A stretch of 64,000 nt of DNA. It comes from an uncultured bacterium (GTDB taxonomy: Bacteria > Patescibacteriota > Saccharimonadia > Saccharimonadales > Saccharimonadaceae). The DNA lies in contig CAMTUF010000003.1 of the NCBI GenBank assembly GCA_947084875.1, forward strand, positions 58,644-122,643, read 5' to 3'. The first letter of the stretch is position 1; the number at the start of each line of letters is the position of its first letter. Position numbers and translations under genes: made by a program. Below the pieces are notes generated by a model. The model saw only the letters and a list, made by a program, of their open reading frames with translations, had not been told where the DNA came from and searched no databases. Shown piece after piece: positions 1 through 8,907 of this stretch.

Positions 1-351
1 CTGTACGACAAAATAGTCGGTTGATGTGTCATGCAGTAAATAAAATGAACTCTCGCCTATCTCGATTTCCTTACCGACGCTAAATTCCGTATCGTCAGCA
101 AATGAATCAAGTAGTTCTCTGGATAGTACCTGACGAACTTCACGCGCATCGCCATCTATATGGCCCTTGCGGACTCTTTGCAGGCCATCTAATACTACCC
201 CCATCGCGGCGACAGTGAGATGTTGTAATGACTCACCATTGACATCATTTTCGAGTATATTAAGGATACCTTTATCAAAGTCCGCTTCGGTTGGCCACTC
301 CATAGTCATAATAGTGTGATTGTAGTTGCCGTCTTGTGAGAGAGCAAGCAT
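1..351 (-). CDS. hypothetical protein (3' end cut by window edge)
   Basis: Hand-translated open frame from ATG at 351 to position 1 with no stop (117 codons, MLALSQDGNYNHTIMTMEWPTEADF...). A GGAGG-type SD lies about 10 nt upstream. It is absent from the supplied track because it has no stop. No family recognised. Confidence 0.4.
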   Translation of the reverse strand, partial: MLALSQDGNYNHTIMTMEWPTEADFDKGILNILENDVNGESLQHLTVAAMGVVLDGLQRVRKGHIDGDAREVRQVLSRELLDSFADDTEFSVGKEIEIGESSFYLLHDTSTDYFVVQ

Positions 352-430
352 AATCACTTAACCTCCCCTACAGCCCCAATTCAGAATGATTAATTGGGTG
401 TATAATTAAATTATTAAATAGGAGCTCAAC

Positions 431-958
431 ATGCCAAAAGTCGCAATCATTGCAATTATCGTAGGTGCAGTCGTGATAGTCGGAGGCGGAATCTTCCTCG
501 CAACCACAATGACGAAAAATTCGACGTCCGATACGTCCAAGGTAACAACAAATGACTCAACAACGAAGTTAGATGACCCAGACGGTGTATATAATTTTGT
601 ATCAGATCCAAGTGTCACAAAATATCCAGAGAAAAACGTGGTATTTGGTAACGGCCAAACGCTAACATTCGAATACGACGGTAGTAAAACCAATAATGAC
701 GCCTACGCGACGTTGTCATACCAGCTTTACTACATCCAGTCGGACGGAAAAGTTCAGCCAATGGGCGGTGGAAATTTGGATGGTAAAGGGTCAGGAACAT
801 TCTCGACATCAGACAAGGTATTTAACTCGTCTGCTAGTGGTGCTTCAGGATTCTTTGAACTACAAGGAACATATGACACGAGTGCCGCTACTGGTACTAT
901 TACTGGCAAGAATGTCACACTAGGTATGTACCCAATCAAGTTTGAAATTGCTGAATAA
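431..958 (+). CDS. hypothetical membrane-anchored/secreted protein
   Basis: 175-aa ORF with an AGGAG SD upstream and one N-terminal TM helix (VAIIAIIVGAVVIVGGGIFLATT), followed by a terminator. No family recognised. Confidence 0.55.
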   Translation: MPKVAIIAIIVGAVVIVGGGIFLATTMTKNSTSDTSKVTTNDSTTKLDDPDGVYNFVSDPSVTKYPEKNVVFGNGQTLTFEYDGSKTNNDAYATLSYQLYYIQSDGKVQPMGGGNLDGKGSGTFSTSDKVFNSSASGASGFFELQGTYDTSAATGTITGKNVTLGMYPIKFEIAE

Positions 959-975
959 GTAAAATTAACACACAA

Positions 976-1006
976 GAAAAAGTGACCCTCGCGGGTCACT
1001 TTTTTA
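976..1006. terminator. rho-independent terminator hairpin (bidirectional geometry)
   Basis: The stem GTGACCC-tcgc-GGGTCAC is preceded by an A-run and followed by TTTTTT. It sits between convergent ORFs. Confidence 0.65.
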
Positions 1007-1016
1007 ACGAACAATT

Positions 1017-1223
1017 TTAGGCACCAAGTAAGTGCAAAACGTGATAGATAACGTACACAGGCCAGACAAGTGCCTGAAGTAGTGCAAGAATCACTTCCCA
1101 GAAACCGCCACCAGATTGCTCAACGAAATAAATCGCGGCACCGATGTACATCAGCAACAACGGAATACCCCGTGGTCCTGCTTTGTTGATAACTTTTATT
1201 CTTTTACCTTCGTGATCTGTCAT
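1017..1223 (-). CDS. small hydrophobic membrane protein
   Basis: The track ORF 1017..1253 starts at GTG. The internal ATG at 1223 (MTDHEGKRIKV...) has a strong AGGAGGG SD, so it is preferred. Two predicted TM helices. Confidence 0.45.
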   Translation of the reverse strand: MTDHEGKRIKVINKAGPRGIPLLLMYIGAAIYFVEQSGGGFWEVILALLQALVWPVYVIYHVLHLLGA

Positions 1224-1316
1224 GATAATTACCCTCCTGTTGTTACTATACACTTGTTCAATTACGAGTTATAGTGCAAAACGACGCGGTATATTAGAAC
1301 GTTTACAGTAACCTAT

Positions 1317-2165
1317 CTACTGTTTATCTAGTAACTCTTGGGCACGCTGATACGAACGATTTGCCTGATCGTACTGGGTCTGAGTACCTTCGATAATAGC
1401 CTCGGGATATATGCCTAAACCACTCATTTTGTCTAACCTTGCTGCGAGGATCATACTTCTGTCGAACATAGCATTAGCATAGGCATTCAAAAATGCTTTT
1501 GATTCGTGACCATTAAGCGGGAGTCCTGGAACCTTCAAGAATGAAAATGAATGACTGATAATACCTCCCTGATCCGCAAGATGTTTCATAGCAGCGATAG
1601 CTTTTTCGAAATCTGCTAAGTCGAAATGTGTATCTTCAAATGGTCTATTAGCTTCTTTAATTACTTGCTCGGCAAAATATTTACCCGCAGCAATACTTGG
1701 TTTGGACGGCTTTTCCTTGAACGTAGCGATATGACGAGTCCTACCGCTTGGATAACGTGCAGTATAGTCAGCCACGACACCCTCTCCAGGAAGAACAGCT
1801 GCAATGTCGAGACCGCCATGAAGCGTCGTTTCACCGATTCGGCGAGCAACATCATAATAGTGTTGACGTACATCGTCTGGCGTATCTTTAAAACCTAGAG
1901 TATATTCCATGTCATCAACGTCAAGTTTGTCTAAAGGTGTTACGGTAAGTCGCTCATCGACGACTGCACTATCATCAAGTCGCATAAACGAAGGAATCCT
2001 TTTAGCGGCATCCAGGTACATCAAACCCAGTGGTTTATCCTGAAATGCGTCGGGTAGGCCGTCTTCGGCTAGACGCTGAAATGCGTCAACATAGGCTGTT
2101 CGAGATAAGTCGTTGAACTCGACAACCATTTCTCTATTCGTAGGAAATCCGTCTCGACGTGGCAT
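1317..2165 (-). CDS. hypothetical protein
   Basis: 282-aa ORF with native composition and an AAGGGGA SD upstream. No recognisable motifs. Confidence 0.55.
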   Translation of the reverse strand: MPRRDGFPTNREMVVEFNDLSRTAYVDAFQRLAEDGLPDAFQDKPLGLMYLDAAKRIPSFMRLDDSAVVDERLTVTPLDKLDVDDMEYTLGFKDTPDDVRQHYYDVARRIGETTLHGGLDIAAVLPGEGVVADYTARYPSGRTRHIATFKEKPSKPSIAAGKYFAEQVIKEANRPFEDTHFDLADFEKAIAAMKHLADQGGIISHSFSFLKVPGLPLNGHESKAFLNAYANAMFDRSMILAARLDKMSGLGIYPEAIIEGTQTQYDQANRSYQRAQELLDKQ

Positions 2166-2290
2166 GATTAAAGTCCCCTTTTAAAGAGGTTTTGAGCCAG
2201 CATATCTCTCATAGATATCATATGTATATATTAGCATATTTATGCTATAAAGTCAATTAATGGCGTGTGTTCGTAGTCGCATTATGAGAG

Positions 2291-2296
2291 TATAGT
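2291..2296 (+). promoter_or_regulatory. putative -10 box (TATAGT) 6 nt upstream of ATG 2303
   Basis: The hexamer lies 6 nt from the start codon and there is no separate SD. Part of the recurrent leaderless pattern. Confidence 0.4.
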
Positions 2297-2302
2297 AAAG
2301 GC

Positions 2303-2695
2303 ATGATTAACACAGCAATCCAAACATATAACTCTTCACAGGCCGATGATGATCGGAGTATATGCGATCGATTAGCGACAATCATTGATACTAGCCTGCC
2401 TGACGCCGAGAACAAAGTATGGCACGGTCACCCCGTGTGGTTTATCGACGGTAACCCGATTGTTGGATACGCTAAGTTGAAAAATAACGTCCAACTACTA
2501 TTTTGGAGTGGTCAGTCATTTGATGAACCAGGATTAAAACCAGAAGGTAGCTTTAAGTCCGCCGAGGCTCGCTATACCAACATAGATCAGATTAATGAAG
2601 CGGATTTACATCGATGGTTAGAAAAATCTATCGCTATTCAATGGGACTACAAAAACATCGTCAAACGTCGCGGTGCTCTTGAGCGATTGAAGTAA
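2303..2695 (+). CDS. DUF1801 / YdhG-like domain protein
   Basis: 130 aa. The pattern ...KVWHGHPVWFIDGNPIVGYAKLKNNVQLLFWSG... is typical of the YdhG/DUF1801 family. Confidence 0.5.
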   Translation: MINTAIQTYNSSQADDDRSICDRLATIIDTSLPDAENKVWHGHPVWFIDGNPIVGYAKLKNNVQLLFWSGQSFDEPGLKPEGSFKSAEARYTNIDQINEADLHRWLEKSIAIQWDYKNIVKRRGALERLK

Positions 2696-2899
2696 TCCTT
2701 CATTGACATTTCCTCAATAATGATGTTTAATTAACACTAGTCAAGTCGAGTTTTGCTCCTTGATGTTTTTTAATAGTTGGATGATTAGTTTTATGGCGTA
2801 AGCTCCCACAAGCACAAGGTGGTATGTGTTTATTGGAGTTTACGCAAATAATGGCATGACCTCCGCCCACCCCACCCGCAACGAAACGGAGAACGAGCT

Positions 2900-4159
2900 A
2901 TGTCTAGCACCACGTCCCCACCGCCCCCGTCGGAGTTCACCAATGCGGTGAACTACGCCAAGTCCTTCGATGACTACCCCGAGAAGGAGCCCGCAGCATG
3001 GGCGCTCGGCTACGTCACGGAGCAGGATGGCGTCCTCACCGACGTCTTCTTCCCGCCTCCCTACGGCAACGTCGGCACCAACTACGGCAGCTTCGCGCTG
3101 CTGTGGCAGACGTCGTACGTCAAGGGCGACACGCGGTACGTCGACCTCGACAAGCTCGAGAACGACATGCTGCCGAAGTTCGCCTGGACCAAGGAGGAGC
3201 CGTACAGCCAGGACGCGCACCTCAACGTCGCGGCCATGGAGTACGTGCTCGACGTGGTCAAGAACGCCAAGCTCGGCTACGGTCGTACGCTCACGCCCGT
3301 TCTGGTGTCGATCGACGACCTCATGTCGGCGCCGACGTTCGGCATGCTCGAGGCGCGCCTGCGTCTGACGCTCGTGTCGGGCGGTCACCTGACGCTGGAC
3401 AAGATCAACCTCAAGAAGATCTTCACCCAGCTCAAGCGCACCGCATGGACGAACCACGGAGTCTTCGACGGCTCCAAGTCCGCGCTCGCCGCGATCCGAC
3501 GGGCGATGCAGAGCGAGGGAAAGTCCCTCGTGATCGACGTGCTGGACAAGTTCCCGATGCTCGTCGACTACATCGACCTGGACGACTCGATCCGTGTGCT
3601 GGGTCGTGTGCGCCTGGGTGCCTACCTGGGCAACGGCACAACGGTGATGGCATCGGGCTTCGTCAACTTCGGTGCCTACGTCACGGGACCGAATATGATC
3701 GAGGGACGCGTGCCCATCGGCTCGACCATCGGCGCGTTCACCGATGTCGGCGGAGGTACTTCGATCATGGGGACGACAAGCGGCGGCAACCCCGTCGTCG
3801 TCAACATCGGCGCGTACTGCCTGCTGGAGGCGATGTCGGGCATCGGCTTCCCGATCGGTGATCGGGTCCGTGTCGAGGCTGGCTTCTACGCCAAGAGCAC
3901 GACGCCGCTTCGGGTCAACCTCTACGACACCGCGTGGGATGGCAACGCGCTCATCGAAGCGCTGCGTCTGGAGCACCCGCTCTACCCCGCGGGCGAAGGA
4001 CCCACGCCGTTCGATGGAACGCTTAAGACCAAGGCGATCACCTTCGCCGAGATCAACGACGCCATCCTGCGACGCGACGCCGACACCGGGCAGCCCTTCG
4101 TCGTCCCGCGCGGCGACAGCACCTGGGGTGAGCTCGACATGGTCCTGCACACCGCCTGA
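2900..4159 (+). CDS. DapD-like hexapeptide-repeat acyltransferase (actinobacterial tetrahydrodipicolinate N-succinyltransferase type), extended 419-aa form
   Basis: Aligns by eye with M. tuberculosis DapD across WTNHG, (V/L)DKFP.(L/M)VDY, RVRLGA.L..GTTVM..GFVN, M(I/V)EGR, DVGGG.SIMGT.SGG and the LbH repeats. Codons end strongly in G/C. GGAG SD 8 nt upstream. Confidence 0.75.
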   Translation: MSSTTSPPPPSEFTNAVNYAKSFDDYPEKEPAAWALGYVTEQDGVLTDVFFPPPYGNVGTNYGSFALLWQTSYVKGDTRYVDLDKLENDMLPKFAWTKEEPYSQDAHLNVAAMEYVLDVVKNAKLGYGRTLTPVLVSIDDLMSAPTFGMLEARLRLTLVSGGHLTLDKINLKKIFTQLKRTAWTNHGVFDGSKSALAAIRRAMQSEGKSLVIDVLDKFPMLVDYIDLDDSIRVLGRVRLGAYLGNGTTVMASGFVNFGAYVTGPNMIEGRVPIGSTIGAFTDVGGGTSIMGTTSGGNPVVVNIGAYCLLEAMSGIGFPIGDRVRVEAGFYAKSTTPLRVNLYDTAWDGNALIEALRLEHPLYPAGEGPTPFDGTLKTKAITFAEINDAILRRDADTGQPFVVPRGDSTWGELDMVLHTA

Positions 4160-4163
4160 TCAT

Positions 4164-4238
4164 CCAGCTCCACGAAGGTTCGCCTCGCCTGCTTCACTGC
4201 AGGGCGCGCCACAAGCGCGTGCGACCCTTCGTGGCTGG
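4164..4238 (+). terminator. GC-rich interrupted stem-loop just after the island-1 stop codon (U-tract-less terminator candidate)
   Basis: CCAGC/GCTGG, CACGAAGG/CCTTCGTG and TCGC/GCGA pair (17 bp in total) around a 37-nt GC-rich loop. No T-run follows. Confidence 0.4.
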
Positions 4239-4314
4239 ACCACGTTATATAGTTTTCTATATGCCGTGATCTAGCTACTCTTACAGGCTTACCACTCGTA
4301 TATATTCTTTGAAT

Positions 4315-4887
4315 TTATAACGTAGAAACGTATTCATTACCTGTAATATAGAACCGCCACGGCATGTTCTTAGCACGACTAATACCTATTCGTTTGGTTT
4401 GGGTAATACGACTTTTGTTAATAGGTTTCTGAATAATTAACTTCAACGGTGACGCGCGCAAATCATGGCCATTCAATTGTTTATCAATGGCAAGCGCCTG
4501 ACATAATTTTGCAGGTCCATTTGTAAGCTCCACACCTCCACGACGACGCCGATTGAGCATATACTCTAGGCCGTCTAATGGTTCGACTGCGCGAATAAGA
4601 ACGGCTGAGCCAATTCCTTCGACGTCCGTCACCACGTTGCAACAATAATGCATCCCATAGGTAAAGTAGACATACAGGTGCCCTGCATCGCCAAACATGA
4701 TATCTGTACGAGGAGTTTGACCTTTATAACTATGGCTCGCCGCATCGGTCTGATCGTAAGCTTCTGTTTCAACAATCTTCACTCTTAGAATTGTGCCATC
4801 AACTTCACGTTCTAATATGCAACCCAGTAACAATGGCGCCACAATGGAGGCGGGTTTACGCAGAAAAGTGGTCAATGAGGTATTCAT
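4315..4887 (-). CDS. mpg: DNA-3-methyladenine glycosylase (AAG/MPG family)
   Basis: 190 aa with ...IVETEAY...D.ASHSY.G.T.R...MFG..GH.YVYF.YGMH.C.NVV... typical of the MPG family. Confidence 0.85.
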   Translation of the reverse strand: MNTSLTTFLRKPASIVAPLLLGCILEREVDGTILRVKIVETEAYDQTDAASHSYKGQTPRTDIMFGDAGHLYVYFTYGMHYCCNVVTDVEGIGSAVLIRAVEPLDGLEYMLNRRRRGGVELTNGPAKLCQALAIDKQLNGHDLRASPLKLIIQKPINKSRITQTKRIGISRAKNMPWRFYITGNEYVSTL

Positions 4888-4889
4888 AT

Positions 4890-7118
4890 CTAGAGCTCTT
4901 CGGTTGTGTCTGGCTGTAGCTCGTCAAGGCTGCTGACTAAGACTTCGCGGGGGCGAGCACCGTCGGCAGGACCGATGATGCCTTGGTCTTCCATCGTTTC
5001 AATCAAGCGTGCAGCACGCGCATACCCAACACGAAGGCGACGCTGCAACAAGCTGGCGCTTGCTTTGCCGCTATCGATCACAACACGGATAGCGTCCTTG
5101 TACATGCCGTCGTCACTGCCACTGTCATAGTCCATCACAACCCCACCCTTGCCGTTTAGCTGCACAGGCTGCGCAACGACTTCGTCGTTATATTGTGGCG
5201 GTGACTGTAGGTGCAAGTGTGTCATGACTTTTTGGACTTCATCTTCGGTGACGAGTGCACCCTGAATACGTTTTGGCTTGCTCATCGACGGCGTGACGAA
5301 TAACATGTCACCTTCGCCAAGCAACTTCTCGGCACCAATCTGGTCAAGAATAGTACGGCTATCGATTTGTGATGGAACGGTAAAGGCAATACGTGCAGGA
5401 ATGTTCGCTTTGATGAGTCCTGTAATAACGTCAACTGATGGACGCTGCGTCGCAAGGACCAAGTGGATACCAACAGCACGTGCCTTTTGTGCAAGACGAA
5501 CAATCAACGCTTCCACGTCGCGCGCGGCAACCATCATCAAATCTGCCAACTCGTCGATCACAATCACGATGTATGGCATTGAACTATTTTCTAGTTCATC
5601 GTCGTCATTTTCGGCACCCTCAACAGGAATCTTTTTACCTGCGCCCTGCACCTTGCTGTTATAGCTTTTGATATCTTTGACACGATGTTCAGCCAAGAGA
5701 GTGTATCGTCGTTGCATCTCGTTAACTGCCCACTTAAGTGCGCTAATCGTTTTGTCAGGCTCGGTAATAATAGGTGTTAACAGATGCGGAATATCCTGAT
5801 AAGGTACCATTTCAACTTGCTTCGGGTCAACCAAAATCAACTTCATTTCACTTGGGCTGTTACGGTACAGCAAACTTGTGAGTAATGTGTTGATCATCAC
5901 TGACTTACCAGAACCTGTTTGACCAGCGATCAAAAGGTGTGGCATCTTGTTGAGCTCACCGACAACGGCGTCGCCTGCAATATCTTTACCAATTGCAAAC
6001 GCCAACGGCTCGTGACTTGCAGACCATTGTTGACTGGTCAGGATTGCGTGCAGACGAACATCGGCCGCCTTGCGGTTTGGCACTTCGATACCAACGGCTT
6101 TTTGGCCAGGAATTGGTGCTTCAATACGAAGACTTTGCGCGGCCAAGTTCAATGCAATGTTAGTTTCAAGTGCGCTAATACGAGTCAGCTTGACGCCACT
6201 TGGCGGTTTCAAGGTGTACTGGGTCACCTTTGGACCGATGTTAGCACCTTCCATTTCAACATTAATGCTAAATTCACTAAGAGTATCCTTGATGATCTGA
6301 GCATTCTGTTGAATATCACCTGCATCAGCTGGTGACTGCTTTTTCTCGAGCAGATCTGTTGAAGGTGCTTTCCAGTTAGGATCACTAATAGTAACCAAGG
6401 CTGCTTGATCTTCGGCTACGCGATCACGCGTGACACTACTTTTCAGGCTAGATAGACGTGTCTGACGATCACCTTGATCCATCATTGGTACACCCGCATT
6501 CAATTTCAACTCACCAATCGCACTAGATTTTGGTACATCAACAGCGGCGGCGTTCTTCATGACCTTCACGTTAGCTTCTTGTTCGCTTGAGTCGCGACGA
6601 GCGAGCTCCCATAGTTTGCTGATGATCGTAAATGGTGACACGCGGATAATAAATAGAATGGTGATGAGGATAAGTAGTACATAGATAAAGGCAGCAACAC
6701 CAGCGTCAACAAGTGTTAATACGCCGCCGTTAATTAAATCACCGACATAGCCGCCTGTTGTTTTACCTTCGCCGTTTTCTAAGAGGCCAAATAATGCTGC
6801 GAACCATACGATAGATGTAATCGTGGCTAACTTCATCACAAACGGCAGTCGATTATCTTCGGCACGGAAAATTTCTACGGCGACATATATAAATAGTAGC
6901 GGTAAGACATAGACGGCATAGCCGATAGTGCTGAGGGTTGATTGGTAGAGCCATTCAAGGACTGGGCCACCAGCGCCAAACCACGCTACGACGAACAGCA
7001 ATGATACGGCAATCAAGAAGACGGCCCCTATTTGTGACCAAAATCCGTTGGGCAAACTGTGTTGCGGTGCGGTGCTCTTGAGTGCTTTTTTGCTTGATCG
7101 TCTTTTTCTTTTAGCCAT
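4890..7118 (-). CDS. ftsK: DNA translocase FtsK/SpoIIIE
   Basis: 742 aa with N-terminal TM helices, Walker A GQTGSGKSV, ...VVIDELADLMM... and a C-terminal gamma (winged-helix) domain LLQRRLRVGYARAARLIE. Confidence 0.92.
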   Translation of the reverse strand: MAKRKRRSSKKALKSTAPQHSLPNGFWSQIGAVFLIAVSLLFVVAWFGAGGPVLEWLYQSTLSTIGYAVYVLPLLFIYVAVEIFRAEDNRLPFVMKLATITSIVWFAALFGLLENGEGKTTGGYVGDLINGGVLTLVDAGVAAFIYVLLILITILFIIRVSPFTIISKLWELARRDSSEQEANVKVMKNAAAVDVPKSSAIGELKLNAGVPMMDQGDRQTRLSSLKSSVTRDRVAEDQAALVTISDPNWKAPSTDLLEKKQSPADAGDIQQNAQIIKDTLSEFSINVEMEGANIGPKVTQYTLKPPSGVKLTRISALETNIALNLAAQSLRIEAPIPGQKAVGIEVPNRKAADVRLHAILTSQQWSASHEPLAFAIGKDIAGDAVVGELNKMPHLLIAGQTGSGKSVMINTLLTSLLYRNSPSEMKLILVDPKQVEMVPYQDIPHLLTPIITEPDKTISALKWAVNEMQRRYTLLAEHRVKDIKSYNSKVQGAGKKIPVEGAENDDDELENSSMPYIVIVIDELADLMMVAARDVEALIVRLAQKARAVGIHLVLATQRPSVDVITGLIKANIPARIAFTVPSQIDSRTILDQIGAEKLLGEGDMLFVTPSMSKPKRIQGALVTEDEVQKVMTHLHLQSPPQYNDEVVAQPVQLNGKGGVVMDYDSGSDDGMYKDAIRVVIDSGKASASLLQRRLRVGYARAARLIETMEDQGIIGPADGARPREVLVSSLDELQPDTTEEL

Positions 7119-7203
7119 AATCTATACCATTATATGCGCATTACGCTTTGATTGATACACATATTATAGCAAAATTTACTACATTTTGCAAGAGGCTTAT
7201 GGT

Positions 7204-8868
7204 TTATGGATAGTCAATTGTAGTACCCGTATCGGAACGAATGAATTCGCGCAAACCTGCCCCACCCATATATTTTTGTTCACGACGCGTTTTTTTACCT
7301 GGGAACAAAGCCTCGGAACGTTTACGTGAAAGTGCGGTCAACCCCGCTTTACTAATCTCCATCCTACGCTCGTGAAAACGCTTTTGGAAACGAATTTCTT
7401 CTGGTGTGAGTGGTCGATATTTTTTACTCTTCAGCGCATGAGCTGCTTCACCAACATTGGAAACTTCACGGTCTTCGGGTGTCTGGAACATTATTTCCAC
7501 AGGAACGTCGTACACTTTACCCCGATAGTTATTTCGGTATAGAAACGTGATTTTACCAACCTGGTGTCCGTTATCACTAGACTTTGTTTCAATGTTTGGT
7601 TCCATATCTTTTAGCCTATCAACAAGAATTGGTAACACTGTGGCTGGCATAGTGTTACCTTTGACACTAATAGCAGTGTTACGACTTGCTGAATTTTGCG
7701 TTTGAACACTGTTAAAGAATTCCGACGAACGATAAGCAATCGCCATCATTTCCGCTGCCTCTTCGTAGTTAGGAACAATCACAGTTAGGCCTAACATGTC
7801 GGCTATGTATTTGTTAGGGTTTTTCTGGTTGTTTTCGGCCACTGAAACAACGTCTTTTGCGCGCCATCTGACAGATAATCTGTTTAGTGTGGCTTCCTCA
7901 ATATCGTCTCCAAGCTCACCAAAATCGAGATAGTCAGGGTCACTTTCAAGGTAGATCGAAGCTACACCAATCTTAACGTCGTGACTAGAAATGTTATGCA
8001 GTACCCCTCGTGCAGTGGCATCACTATTAGGAAATAGGCTCCTCAGGACATTAGGAACTGTGTTCACAACGTTATCATAGCTATCCAAGCCTGTGTCATG
8101 TAGAAGAGCACGGGCATAGTCAACGTCGTGTTGAGTAATCACACCCTCCACGCCTTCCGCATACTTCATACGCACTAATCCTACAGCTTGTTTTAATGCC
8201 ACTTCGAAGCCGTCGTAACGTACATACGCAAGGAAAGGCTGGTAGAGATTTTCGACGGCGTAAATAGTTTTCTGCAATTCGTCTTCGGTAAAGTCTTCGG
8301 CATTACGAAGCGTATTGTATGCGGAGGCGGCAGCAATAAGAATAGACTCAATATTAACACCGAGTGGGTGCTCAACGCCCTCACCAGGGATGTCAGATGT
8401 AAGATGAAAGATATCTTGAAGAGGGATCTCAATGTCATCAGTCGGTAGCCAAGGATTACCGTCGGTGCCACGACTAGCAGCGCTGTGTTGGTAGTGCTCT
8501 GCCAGAAACTTACCAATTTCAAGACTGTCTGCTGCAATGCCGCGTACATAGTCGGTATCTTGTTGCGTTTTACCCTTATAGGACTTAATAGCTTCATGAG
8601 CATACTCTGCTTGAAACTTATCATCACCACTTTGCTTTTCCATTAACTCAATAAGATAAGCCGCTTCATACGTACTAGGTATAAGTCCCTTTTGTCCAGC
8701 AAAGTCATGTAAAGTAGCAGTGATATCAGCCGAGCGTATCTGGGCTTTTTCTTCCTCATCACCACTCATCCCGGTATATGCTTCCCATACCTTTACAACA
8801 CCTTTTGAAAGAGGAGGTGCCTGTTCGGGATGTAAAGGTATTGGTTGCGTATCAGCTAGGCGTACCAT
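7204..8868 (-). CDS. divergent RelA/SpoT-like (RSH synthetase-fold) nucleotidyltransferase, putative
   Basis: The C-terminal third matches the RSH synthetase pattern: WRAKDVVSV (RxKxxxS), IADMLGLTVIV, NGHQ..., VPVEIMFQT (EIQIRT-like) and GEAAHALKSK (G.AAHW.YK-like). No clear HD hydrolase motif was seen. Confidence 0.45.
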   Translation of the reverse strand: MVRLADTQPIPLHPEQAPPLSKGVVKVWEAYTGMSGDEEEKAQIRSADITATLHDFAGQKGLIPSTYEAAYLIELMEKQSGDDKFQAEYAHEAIKSYKGKTQQDTDYVRGIAADSLEIGKFLAEHYQHSAASRGTDGNPWLPTDDIEIPLQDIFHLTSDIPGEGVEHPLGVNIESILIAAASAYNTLRNAEDFTEDELQKTIYAVENLYQPFLAYVRYDGFEVALKQAVGLVRMKYAEGVEGVITQHDVDYARALLHDTGLDSYDNVVNTVPNVLRSLFPNSDATARGVLHNISSHDVKIGVASIYLESDPDYLDFGELGDDIEEATLNRLSVRWRAKDVVSVAENNQKNPNKYIADMLGLTVIVPNYEEAAEMMAIAYRSSEFFNSVQTQNSASRNTAISVKGNTMPATVLPILVDRLKDMEPNIETKSSDNGHQVGKITFLYRNNYRGKVYDVPVEIMFQTPEDREVSNVGEAAHALKSKKYRPLTPEEIRFQKRFHERRMEISKAGLTALSRKRSEALFPGKKTRREQKYMGGAGLREFIRSDTGTTIDYP

Positions 8869-8907
8869 AATAGAGGTAGTATAGCATACTTTTGCAGTTT
8901 TGTCTAG

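Larger units (their letters stand above)
2852..4245. other. high-GC compositional island 1 (single-gene insertion)
   Basis: Hand counts give about 67-68% GC on lines 3001 and 3601, against 42-48% on flanking sample lines. The transitions occur within about 10-20 bp, at about 2852 and about 4245. Confidence 0.8.

Noticed and set aside
2840-4274. Long antisense and alternative-frame ORFs inside island 1 (2840..4150 minus 436 aa, 2998..3861 plus 287 aa, 3744..4274 plus 176 aa, and others)
   Set aside because: These are typical stop-codon-poor shadow frames of high-GC DNA. Their products are Arg/Ala/Pro-rich low complexity. Only the 2900..4159 frame shows clear DapD/LbH homology and an SD.
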